The notes under the pieces are model-generated. The model did not search any database and was not told where the DNA came from. It saw only the letters and a program-made list of their open reading frames with translations. A DNA stretch of 64,000 nucleotides from Caecitellus pseudoparvulus (Eukaryota; Protista; Bigyra: Bicosoecida). The translations under genes and the position numbers were made by a program. The stretch's first letter is position 1. Every line of letters begins with the position of its first letter. Positions 10,611-21,831 of this stretch are shown here, piece by piece. The stretch is from the NCBI GenBank assembly GCA_965644315.1, contig CBFFRQ010000037.1, positions 1-64,000 of the forward strand, read 5' to 3'.

Positions 10611-12668
10611 TCATTTTGTGGCCTTGCTCTCGCTGGCGCCTGCCTGGGGAGCAGGTGTGGTTTCTGCTGCAGGGGCAGCATTCCCGCCCTGGCCTGGCGC
10701 TGCCGCTTGCAGCCGTGCCCAGTGCTTGCGCACCTCTGGCGCCGCCTCCACGTCGTACTGAAACACTAAATGCTCCGCAGGGGGGTTGTCTCCTCGCTTT
10801 GCATCATGGCCCTCGATTTCGCTTGCCACATATGCATATGCAGCGCCCGGCCCTGGCCTGGCCGCATCCGCCTTGGCTGTGGGCGGAGCCTCGGACGCCC
10901 CTGCAGGCTCTGCTGCGACGATGCTGCCTGCAGCATACGTATCACCCACCAGTGCTCGCCCAGGGCCGACGAAGGTGAGGCCTGCTCGGGCCCCCATGCC
11001 CAACACCCGCCGTGTGAACTCACACTCCTGCTCCTTGCTCAGCGCTGGCACGTTGCGGGCGGTCTCAGCCACCACCACCGCACCAGGTGCCAGCAAGCTG
11101 AGCAAAGCCGGAGGAGTGGGCAACTCCTCAGAGCCATCTGCGCCTTTCAAGTGGTGCACGGAGCGGCTGCCCAGCACCAGCACGTCCACCGCTCCGGTCA
11201 GCACATGCCCAGGGTTACTAGCCACCTTGCCCAACGTCACCTCCACATCAGCACTGCTGGCCGGCAGCACGGATACGCCTTTCGTGCTGTCTGCGATGCA
11301 GCGAGCACGGCGCACGGCTTGTGCGGGCTCGGAGATGACAGACCCAGCACTACCCTCGGCAGTGGCGGCGCCTTCAGCAGTCGCTGCAGCAGAGGGCCGA
11401 CCAGGAGCAGTGGGCGACGTGCCTAGCCCAGAGTACACTCCGTGTGCGGCTGTCATGGCGTATACTTGCCCAGTCTCCATCTCGTGCAGCCAGGACAGCG
11501 TGTTGAAGACAGCCAGCTCCACCGCCGTGTGCCGGCGCTGCTCCGAGCCACTGTGGCGGTTGAGGATCTGAAAGAGGCCCCCTGCCAGCCCAGCAGCTTC
11601 GCTACTGGAAATGCCGTCGGGGTATACCGTGCGCTGCGGCGCCTTCTGAGCTGCGGGGACAAACCCCACTTGACTGAGCGCAGCACCCTTGACTGCCGCC
11701 GCGCCTGTGTAGGCAGCGGTCCCCACAGCGTGGTAGGGGCCCACCAAAATGTCGCCCCAGAATCCTCGTCGCAGGCGGGACTGGCCCTTCTCCCGCCCCT
11801 CTGCATATGAAGCCAAGCTTCGGTTGGGGTTGGTGTACGTCGCGTCCCCAAACTCAAACGCCACCCCCGTGTCCCGCCACTGCTTGAAGTGCTTGGCATG
11901 AATAATGCCCACGTGAGGCTTCACTCTGAACTGGTAGTCCCAGTCCATCAAGTTGGCGCGGAAGTCGAACCTGTCAGCGTACTGGTGCCGCATGCGGTAT
12001 TCTCGGAGCAAACGCACTGCAAAGGGGCGCACAACGTGGGCTGCTCCCGCACGCCACCAAACCTCGGCAGCATGTCACGCACTGTCAAAATCTACCGAGT
12101 GCCCCCACGTCGCCACCACTGCCTGTACTTCGTCCCGAGTTCGGTACTTGAGCAGAGAGAAGTCCACCAGCCGCCGCAAGAAGCCCGCGTCAGCGTCAGC
12201 CGCAATGACCTTGATCAAGCCCAGGCGCTGCTTGGCCACGTACTTGCTCGTCCGCTCAGGCAGCAAGGCATTTCCCCACACCTCCAGCAAGGCATGGGCT
12301 CGCTGCCGAAGCGGCACGGCCCAATCCATGGCAATGCTGAGCAGCAGCAAGTCCCGAGCGATGCCTTCGGCACATTTGGACATGACAATGAACTGGGCAG
12401 CAAGGCAAGAGGACGACGTACATATCTGCTCAAGAGCAGGTGCAAAGCATGACCCAGCGAGGGCCCTCACCTTCAAAGGCTGCTTGCTGTGCCGCCGTCG
12501 CTGCGCTACCGTTTTCAGCACATGCCGAATGTCCCCGACATCCAGCAGCAGGATGCAGAGTGGCTTGTCCCCCTCCTCAGAGTCACACCCATTCACTGTC
12601 CGGTATACCTCCTGGCAGTCAAGTGCAGGGGTGAAGCCCCAGAAATGATGCACGCCCGTCCCTTGCAT
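10611..12668 (-). CDS. DNAAF3: Dynein axonemal assembly factor 3 (PF22); 3 exons
   Basis: Introns 12470-12393 (78 nt, in frame) and 12082-12017 (66 nt). Motifs: G..HFWGFTPALD, ILLLDVGDIRHVLKTVA, EGIARDLLLL, LEVWGNALL, LKYRTRD, YADRFDFRANLMDWDY, WRDTGVAFE, PNRSLAS, RGFWGDILVGPY. Confidence 0.9.
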
Positions 12669-13053
12669 CGCTCCAAAACGCCACCAATTTCCGCACACAA
12701 CTTCGTGGCAGCAGGAGCCTTGCGAAGCGCCGACAAAAGGCACAGCCTCGCTCAGGTTCGAAACAGTTCGTGATCTTCGGGGAAATTGAATTTATTTTGG
12801 TCTTCAGCAATTGACAAGGAGCACAGTGCCGAAACACAAGCAGACCAACACGACACAAGATGAATGATGCGCGTGCAGTCATGTCAAAGGGGCTCGCACA
12901 CGACACATGTCAAGGACCAAGCACACACAAAACCAATGCAACCCCACGTACTGTGACACAGACGCCTGCACAGCACGCGCACAGCTCAAGCTCGACTGCT
13001 GAGGCACTGCGCGGCACACCACCTGTCTTGGCTGACCACTCACAGCAGAAGCC

Positions 13054-13544
13054 ATGGTGTTCTCCACTCTGTACACCAGCACAACGGTGAACCTGTTCCG
13101 TAATGTCGTGCACTTCGGCCACCGCCGCGGCTTCAACGGCTGGCTGACCGGCCTGGTGTGAGTGCAGCGGAATTGTGCTGCGGCACTACCCCAGACACCC
13201 CGAACTGCACGTGATTCCGCGCCACCCTCGCCTTCCACCACAGTGGGGCTGCCGGTGTCATGACCATGGCCTCCGCATCTGGCACCAACGAGACCCGTGC
13301 GTTCCACTGCTCTTGGCGTTCGCCCTGCACGCCAAGCCTGGCGTGGCCAGCTCGACAACTCCACACGCTCCACACTCTCTTCCCGCTCACAGACGACTCT
13401 CGCGCCGCCAGCAGTGACTTCTACAGCGACAGCTTCCTGGCCAAGTATGACAACCCTGTGACCAAGCTCCCTGAGTACGAGAACGGGTGGCACGCTCACG
13501 GACCCCACAGCGTCCAGCGCAAGTACGGCGGTGGCGGCCACTAA
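13054..13544 (+). CDS. Small (102 aa) probable single-TM protein of unknown function; 3 exons, not present as such in the ORF track
   Basis: Exons 13054-13157, 13244-13296 and 13393-13544 with canonical gtgagt..cag and gtgcgt..cag introns give 309 nt: MVFSTLYTSTTVNLFRNVVHFGHRRGFNGWLTGLVGAAGVMTMASASGTNETHDSRAASSDFYSDSFLAKYDNPVTKLPEYENGWHAHGPHSVQRKYGGGGH*. Strong C-ending codon bias as in RPL39; gccATGG start context. Confidence 0.75.
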
Positions 13545-13581
13545 GCGCACTGTCAAACACAAATGCATTGCGAAGCCCGAA

Positions 13582-14906
13582 TCATACTTGAGCCACTTCA
13601 GCTGCGGCAGCGTCCACGTCTCCACCGTGCCTCTGCAGTGCGGCAACCGCTGCCTCCCTGCTCAGGCCCATGGCCTCCAGCAACCCCACGCTCTCGTCAG
13701 CAACACGGGCATCAACAGGACTTGTTGCGGCAGCGGTCGCAGGAGGAGTGCCAGAATCTGTACCAGAACCCCCCCGAGCTGAGCGCTCGAAGCGAGCTGC
13801 TGCGGCCGCTGCTGCAGCCTCCCGCTTGGCTTTCTGGTCAGAGGGGGCGGCAGGCGGTGCCGCACCCCCGAACCAAGCAGAGGAGGCAGATGCGCCGGTT
13901 CCAGCCGATCCCAGCGTCTGGCCGCCTCCGGGAAAGGCTGAACTGGCGTCACCCTGGTTTGCGCCAGTGGGAGCGTGGCTTGAGCCAGGCCCACGCACCA
14001 AATACGTGCTGTTGCCGTTGCTGGCAGAGTCCTCACCCCGACCACGAGCATTGGCCACCCAGCCCCCAGCGGCTGCTTGAGCGCCACTAACTCCCTCGGC
14101 AGTCCCCATGCCGCTACCGGCGGGCAGAAACCCAGGCAGCGCGTATAAGGAAGCGCAGCAGCCCTCCTCCCACTCGGACACACGAGCGACGCTTGGTGTC
14201 ATGCGTTCCAGCCAGCCCCAAGCATATGCGTACCCAAGCAAGACGCCAAACAGCGCATCAAACGCGATGCCGCCCCCGAAGACCGAGAATAGTGCAACCA
14301 GTAGCCACGGGTAGTACTTGTTTTGCACGGGGCAAGGAAAGCCCCGAACCGTCTCAGGATCCCGGCTGCACTGCAGCGCAATGAGCCCCAACACCATGGG
14401 CCAGCAACCAGAGTTGCACTGCATCAACCATGACTGCGAAAAAAGTGGATGCCGTCGTGAGAAGGCCCCGTAAGTGCAAGCGTTTCGGCGTGAAACGTGG
14501 CACTCACCGGGTCAACTGCATACCCCAAAACGAGCATGAGAACGACCACCAACACGTTGGACACGACAGATGTGAGAACCATGAAGTGCAGCATGTGCAG
14601 AGATCCCAGCGAACGCTCCACATCGGGGCCAGTCTGCCCGAAGGCTAGGATAAAAAACAGGAAGCCAAAAATGCTGGGCTGCATCAGGGCAGCTGTGAGC
14701 ACCCTGTACACCTCAAAGTCGAACACCACAAAGGCAGGGCAGTTGCTGAAGGCAGGGACTAGTCCAGCCAGCCACACAACGACCGTGCAGCCGACCACTG
14801 TGAACAACGTCACTCGTGTGACAGCTGGCGTGCGAGACGTCCAGCGATCCAACCAAGACTGCTGCTCCGCCCCATCCTCGCCTCCCGAACTCGGTTGGGA
14901 AGCCAT
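13582..14906 (-). CDS. Rhomboid-superfamily (probably inactive) membrane protein with C-terminal UBA domain; 2 exons
   Basis: Intron 14507-14434 (74 nt). Motifs: TPAVTR, FEVYRVLT (WR-motif equivalent), ERSLGS, KYYPWLLVALF, multiple TM helices, and the UBA signature LEAMGLSREAAVAALQRHGGDVDAA. Confidence 0.8.
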
Positions 14907-14949
14907 GACGCAACTCACATGCGCTCAACATGCAGAAATGAACTGTAGA

Positions 14950-17900
14950 AAGGGGTTATGGGGGAGAAATCTGTCATTGGCCAGAAAAGCGACCAGTCGG
15001 TTCTGAAATGAAACTTTGGAACGATTGACTGAAGCCTGCTGTCCTAAGGAACATCCCACACTCAAACGCAAGGCAACGAAAAGAACTGACTGTGTGCCAC
15101 TACGGCGGTCTTTCTTCCCTTGCATCTCTCAAAGCTTATGGGAGAGCCTGCCGGATGGCCTTGTCAAGTGAGCAGCCCGCCAGAACCTCAGAATCCGGCA
15201 ATTGCTGCCTCGATCGGGCTGACCCACATGTCCATCCACGTCCGGAAGTTTCCACGCCAGAGGGAACACTGACACCCGCCGCCACCTGCACCCGCTCTTG
15301 CAAGCATCCATTCTCGATAGCTCAAGCTAACTTCAAAGCAAACAAATGCCTCGAAAGGCTACCACTCAACCAAACCGAATTCTCACGTTCAGCTGCCACG
15401 CTTTTTTCATAGTGGTGCACAGGTCCTGCGAAATGGCTGCCAAAGTCCCCAATGCTACATTTATCGGACACTCTTCAAGCTTCTCCCAGTCTTTCCGATG
15501 CTGTAGCGACCAATGGGAACACTTATCGTTTCTCCAGCAAAGCAACAGACCAACAGACTTCACACTTTCTGTTGATAGATAGTAGGGGGCGACCACGGCT
15601 ACTTTCCATGCAAGCATCAGACCCAGATTCTCACCGAAAACCTGAACTGGACAACAAAAGAGAAAGGCCAAACTACAAGCACAGTGCTGTGTGCCCCACG
15701 GTTCCATCTATCGCTGTCATGCACGATAGTTGTATGTCAGCCAACCTAGAAATTGAGCTCCTAGTACCTGCTTGATATCTATCTACCGGCCACTTACTGA
15801 GCAGGGAAGCGATGCTGCTCGCAACGACACACACCCTTGCACGACGTTTGAAACATTGCGTTCCCGAGCAAGCAATTGGAGTGCCACAACTACTCTAGCA
15901 TTCCGTGAACACTGATTGAACTATAAAAATGCCAAGACTATTGCCGATAATACAAGGAACCAGGAGTGTGAATGCCTTTCTCTGCAAGTGTCCCCCGAAA
16001 CGAGTGTAATCAAATATAAGTAAAAGATGCCGATCAAGGAATAATCACAACTGTTGCATATTATACACCTACGTGACACGAAACATCTCCCGTTGTCATT
16101 CAAGATTTCGAGCCCTCACTGTTGGAACACGTGTTGGATACTTCAGCGAGGCAAACACGCAAACAAGCATGCACATGGACAGTGTCAGCGAGTTGTGCGT
16201 AAGTTGATGTTTGGCATTGCCGAGGAACTGTCATCCCCGCGCATGAATGCCGAGACTTCCCCTCCAATCCCTGCACTGGCCTCACCAATACCACACCCTG
16301 GCTCTCACTGGAGGAAGTCCCCCTGGAATGCCCAACCTCCACCACGCTGGTCACTTGCCCTCGCCCGCAACAGTATGCTTCAGGCGATAGACATGCGTCC
16401 GGCTTGCACTGGCAACCCTGCCTGGTCTCTGCGAACAGAGCCGGTAGAAAGCTCATTGCTGCAGCCCTGCACGCCTGACCACGCAGCACGATGACCAGGA
16501 CGAAGGAGGCCTGCAACACGCCATATGGAAGGAGAGTCCAGTGGGCGTCATTTTACGCTCAATGAAGTAGCTGTTCTTGCCCCCGTTTATGTATGAACTT
16601 GACCTTCTTGATGCGTGGACAGTGGAGTTTAGTGGAATCCTCAGGAAGTATATGCGTCTTTTGTGACACTTGTCTTGTGATGTTGTTGCTTTGTTTGAAG
16701 TAGGGGAAGCCGCTCAGTCCTCCGTACAAGTCGTTTGTGTTTCCTAGCTTCAGCCTTTTTGTGATTCTTGGTCACCTTTTCTAGATGTTTTCCATTGCTC
16801 CAAAGGTTGGTCGCTGTCCCACGTACTAGATATCTTCTAGTCTTGACCATTGTATATTTATTGAAGTGTCAAGTGCAGTTTGATACTTCTTTGTACAAAT
16901 GAAACGTGTACAGTTGTAAATGCTTCGCCCTCACCACGCACCCATGTATTCAGCAGCAAAATTGATATTTCAAGCAATGTCTTTTCCGGTCAGTTACATT
17001 TTCAGAAAGCTATTCACTCGAACACATCCATCTCAATCCAATGCAAACCCAACGATGCTAAGCTGTCTGCTTCTGTGATTTCGGCGTGGCTTCGATGCCG
17101 GAAAGACTTGATGGTTCGGACTGCAGACTTCCAATGGTTCATTCTTTATATCGTTATGCCTTACTTAGCACCACAAGCAGACCATTTTGATATTCCTTCT
17201 GTGGGGCCTCGTTTTCGTCGAACGCTTGCTTGCAAAATGTATTCGTATTCTTAATGGTTTGAATGGGTTTGTCTCGTAGATGTTCTTTCGTTTTGTCTGC
17301 ACATGTCTTGTTGTGTTTTCGCTGAGCGCGAAGGCCCTGGTCTATTATTCCTCTCTTTACACAATCTTTGAGGAAAGGATGTCTGCTTTTCATTGTCATT
17401 GAAGTCGGGATTGGAACATGTGTGGGATGCAGCGTACGTTTTTGTTCTGAACAATCCATGCATTCTGAGGAGGATTCTCATGCAGTATTAGCGTGCTGAC
17501 TTTTGCGAAAAGGTTGAATGGGGTGCACAATGTCTGAGGAGTTAGAATTCGTGGAGTTAAACGTTGTTTCGTGTGAGGCAAACACGCGCTGTATATGTAC
17601 TTTCTGCTCTGGGATTTCGAGCTTTCAGTGTTCCTGGATATTGCTAGCTCTTGATGTTTGCATTGTGCTTATCGCAAAAACCTGCTCATGCTGTTCGTTT
17701 TGATGTTGATGCAGGGAGCTTGCGGCACTGGCTAGAAAGCGGACACTTCGGTGCATGCTTCAGCTTTTTCAATCAATCCTTTTTTGTAGCACGAAAGATA
17801 TTTGCGGACAGCTTGGAGGTTTCTCGTTTGCGCGATGTCCGTTTAGCTGCCACTCTTGTGTCAGGCTCGTATTGCCCGATAGCGTCGCTGCATTCATTAA

Positions 17901-18100
17901 ACAAGCTGTCGACTGAAAGCAACTGTGGATTGTGGGTGTCTGCGGGAGTCTTCATTGTGGAGATTGCTTTGTTGAGCATCAGATGTCCATGTTGGGGCGC
18001 ACCATAACAGTGTCTGTCAATGGGGTGAACCAATTGACCATGTCAACTTCCACCCCGAGTCGTATAAAGTCGAGGTATTCAATACTTGCACATTCAAGGC
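14950..18100. other. Lower-GC, gene-free island (degenerate foreign or transposon-derived DNA)
   Basis: Visibly A/T-richer than the flanking genes, with only short ORFs lacking host codon bias. Boundaries are approximate. Confidence 0.6.
16146..16542 (+). repeat. Left arm of a 397-bp inverted repeat (partner 18416-18812)
   Basis: gcgaggcaaacacgc...ccatatggaaggagagtccagt is the reverse complement of 18416-18812. ORF translations of both copies are identical on both strands; I saw one mismatch near the end. Confidence 0.95.
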
Positions 18101-18812
18101 AGCATACTGAGCGTGGTATGGTTGGCAGATGTTGCTGTCGCTCTTCTCGGCCAAGCCTCTCGATTGTTGTGCCAGGCCACGCTGCCTGATTGGCGGCCCG
18201 GGCCCCACCCTGCCGCGCATAGCCTCCATTCACGTTGAAACGGGACTTGGTCTGGCCGACGCCAGCCCAAGCTGCGTGTAGTAGCGAAAGAAAGAGCACC
18301 TCTTCCTCTGGCTCCCTTCGCAACAGCCAGCATGCGGTGCAACGCGACGTCGGCCACGCTGCTCTCGCCTGGCTGCGCACTGGACTGGCCAGCGCTGCAA
18401 CCCTGCACAGTGTGTACTGGGCTCTCCTTCCATATGGCGTGTTGCAGGCCTCCTTCGTCCTGGTCATCGTGCTGCGTGGTCAGGCGTGCAGGGCTGCAGC
18501 AATGAGCTTTCTACCGGCTCTGTTCGCAGAGACCAGGCAGGGTTGCCAGTGCAAGCCGGACGCATGTCTATCGCCTGAAGCATACTGTTGCGGGCGAGGG
18601 CAAGTGACCAGCGTGGTGGAGGTTGGGCATTCCAGGGGGACTTCCTCCAGTGAGAGCCAGGGTGTGGTATTGGTGAGGCCAGTGCAGGGATTGGAGGGGA
18701 AGTCTCGGCATTCATGCGCGGGGATGACAGTTCCTCGGCAATGCCAAACATCAACTTACGCACAACTCGCTGACACTGTCCATGTGCATGCTTGTTTGCG
18801 TGTTTGCCTCGC
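18090..18812 (-). pseudogene. Degenerate tyrosine recombinase (YR) of a DIRS/Ngaro/Crypton-type mobile element
   Basis: Across frameshifts and stops the minus strand reads VRKLMFGI..., LALARNSMLQAID (decayed LR.SE box), PRSTM (cf. PRSKT), LCRVAAL (cf. CPVAAL), FLSLLHAAWAGVG, GGYARQGGARAANQAAWPGTTIERLGR (cf. GHSxRxGGATAA...I..LGRW), then after a frameshift KSDSNICQPY (catalytic-Tyr region). Motif order and spacing fit a YR catalytic domain. Confidence 0.65.
18416..18812 (-). repeat. Right arm of the 397-bp inverted repeat
   Basis: actgggctctccttccatatgg...gcgtgtttgcctcgc; see left arm. Confidence 0.95.
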
Positions 18813-18998
18813 ACTCAATCACTGCTGGTGCCTTGCCGCTGGTGTCGCAAGCAACCTCGCAGTTGCAGTTCACAGGCCGACCGTGAAGGTGTTTGTGGTC
18901 GCTGTGAACATTTCATTGCTCCTTGACGGGTAAACCACGCACAGAAGCGTGATATCTGAGGGATTCATTCTCCTCAAGCCTTTTTCTTGAACCCTACG

Positions 18999-21094
18999 AT
19001 GGCTGGTACGTCGGAGTGTGTTGCACACCAACTTCCGCTCACCGCGCGCTGCACCACAAGGACTGCCTGCGAGTGTGCGATTGTCTCATCCCATGCCCAC
19101 CCCCCTACACAGCTGAATCAAAGTACAGCAGTGACTTGCGCGAGAGCATTCACCGCGTGCAGGCTCGTGAGCAGGTCGACGCGTCAGCCTCTGCGCGTGG
19201 GCCGGGTGGTGCAGGTGCACGGCAGGCATCCGCGCGGCTGTTGACCAAGGAGCAGATCCACGACATCTTTATGTTCTACTGCAACTTTGGCCGCAGCAGC
19301 GTCATGACGGTGCAGGACAGCCTGGACTCCTTCATGTTCATGAAGTTCGCCAAGGAGTGCCCTGGCCTGTTGGGCGGCGGTGTCACTCGCACCGACATTG
19401 ACTTGATCTTCACCAAGGCTCGTCCTAAGTTTGAGCGCCGTCTCTCCTTCGAGCACTTCCTGGATGCGCTGTCTGCCATCTCGGAGCGCAAGCACCCCGA
19501 CTTCCCGCCGGCCGAGGGCCTGCGCCTGCTCATCGCCAACCACCTCGTGCCCCACTACGACCTTGTGACGCACGAGATGGAGAAGACTGGCGAGGACGTC
19601 GTGCCTCTGGCCGGCATCTACAAGCGCCTGTACGACGTGCGCAACTACACGGGCGTGTACGCTGAGCGTTTCCGTAGTGGCGACGGACGCATCAACGGCG
19701 AGAGCGACAACCGGGCCGGGAAGCGGTTCACGGGGATGACCAACCAGCGAACGGATGAGATCATCCACGACATCTCTGTGCTGATGCGCCCTGACCTGAA
19801 GTCTGGCACCATGGGTCGCAAGGGGCGCAGTGGCTCCCCCTCTCGCTCCTCCACCCCAGGTCGTCGTTCCCGCAGCAAGGGACGAGCAGGCAGCCGTGGC
19901 CGCTCCACCCGGCGCCCCGCAAGCAGCGGGGGGGCAGCTCGTGGGGGCGTGGACAAGCGGGCTCAGGACGAGCTCATGGCCAGCATTGCCGCGGCGCAAG
20001 CCAGCGGAGACACGACGGCACTGGCCTCCACCATCATGGCCCTCGCCGGCAAGTTGCAGGAGGAGGAAGGCGGCTCAGGCGGAGGAGGTTCTGCCGCTGA
20101 AGCTGCCGCTGAGATCGACGAGCTGTATGCTGACATCGAGCACTTTACGGGCCAGCTGGAGACGACGACGGACCCGACGGTGGTGCGCGACCTTCAGCTT
20201 GCGATCCGAGACCGCTCTGCACGCATCTCCAAGCTGCAGGCTAGCATGGGAAGCCGTGGAGGGGGCACAGGGAGTGCGAGAGGGGGAGGGGCCGGTCGGC
20301 GTGGTGCGCCCACTCCAGCCTACGCCACCAGCACCAACTCTGTTGGCCAGCTGGTCTTGACTGATGTCGAGTCCCTGCCCAAGCTGAGCCAGGTGCAGAT
20401 CCAGGACATCTTCCACTTCTACTGCAACTTCGGCCGCAGCAGCGTCATGACGGTGCAGGACAGCCTGGACTCCTTCATGTTCATGAAGTTCGCCAAGGAG
20501 TGCCCTGGCCTCATGGACAGGATCGTCACGCGAACTGAGATCGACTTGATCTTCACCAAAGCCCGCCCAAAACTGGAGCGCCGGCTCGGTTTCACGCACT
20601 TCCTGGATGCGCTGTCTGCCATCTCGGAGCGCAAGTACCCCGACTACACCCCTGCAGATGGCCTGCGCCTGCTCATCGCCAACCACCTCGTGCCCCACTA
20701 CGACCTGGTCCTCCATGAGATGAACAAGACTGGCGAGGACGTCGTGCCTCTGGCCGGCATCTACAAGCGCCTATACGACGTGCGCAACTACACGGGCGTG
20801 TACGCTGAGCGTTTCCGTAGTGGCGACGGACGCATCAACGGCGAGAGCGACAACCGTGCCGGTAAGCGGTTCAACGGCCGAACTAACCAAGGCACAGACG
20901 AAATCATCCATGACATCTCTGTGCTGATGCGTCCGAACCTCACCTCCGGCAGCATGCGCCGGTCGCGCATCGTTGCAGATGGTGGAAGTCCCCGTCGTGG
21001 CCGCAACTTTGGCAAGACAACCTCCCGCAGCGGGTCCCCGGCACGCAGCATGTCTGCTGGACGGCGAGGGGGGTCCGGCGGACGGGCATGGTGA
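18999..21094 (+). CDS. Tubulin polymerization-promoting protein family member with two tandem p25-alpha domains; 2 exons
   Basis: Exon 1 is ATGGCTG (18999-19005), then intron 19006-19112, giving MAAESKY. Two copies of IF.FYCNFG...MKFAKEC...T.IDLIFTKA...RL.F.HFLDALSAISERK and RLYDVRNYTGVYAERF, matching p25-alpha RLTD...YTG.HKERF. The 3' end may continue via a gtgagt donor near 21091. Confidence 0.85.
19253..20931 (+). repeat. Internal direct duplication (about 540 bp, offset 1143 bp) encoding the two p25-alpha domains
   Basis: 19253-19788 and 20396-20931 share long stretches of nucleotide identity. Confidence 0.9.
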
Positions 21095-21831
21095 GTGGGA
21101 GAAGCTTGCGGAGGCGGCAGCCTTCGACAATGCCTTGGAATGCAATCGTGGCGTGGCTGGGTTTGCATTGGTAGGCGCTCTGGCGGTCGATGCGGGCGTG
21201 GCTTACAGAGCTGAGTGACTTCGCCTTCTCAACCCGCGCGCTGCCCCTTTGCAGCTCTGGTGCGCGCTGTGTGGCCGATCACAGCCTTCAAAAACACCAC
21301 TAGCATGCAAGCTCTCCGCCTGCGCTGCAGCTGTTCCCGAGTGCTGCAACTTGCTTCTAGACTTCATCAACTGCCCACGTCGACCATTTCCTCAACGCCG
21401 TCACTTCTCGCGAGCGCATCTCCGTCTTTGCCATGCATCCTTACAAGGGCAAGGGTACTGGGCAGCTCGGACTCTTGCCCATTCTCGTTGAATCGCATCC
21501 ACCTCATGACGTAGAAGTGCACTTTTCGACGCACACATCTACGGCACACCCCCAGGCTACCCACATCCAGACAGTTGTCATCGCCGACAAGCCAACCCCT
21601 GTCGACTGTGCTGTCAATTTGTCTTGTGGCGGCTGGGATCGCCGCAAGAGCTACTTGAGCTGTACCGTCGCCTGCTACTGCCGCGGGCGGCTGCTTAGGA
21701 CACCCTTGTTTCTCTCTTGTGGGCCTGTCTCATAGCACAACGTAGCGTGCGGAGCGAAATCCAAGCTTAGTGGCGTTCGGCAGCTCTGGTCTTTTTGCAT
21801 CCGAAACGAGACCAAGGGATGAGTGCATTAC

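Noticed and set aside
12740-12790. GGTTCGAA T-loop-like motif suggesting a tRNA
   Set aside because: No acceptor, D or anticodon stems can be formed around it.
16146-18812. Intact TIR DNA transposon or MITE bounded by the 397-bp arms
   Set aside because: No target-site duplication and no transposase. The arm is internal YR-derived sequence, and the low-GC DNA extends outside the left arm.
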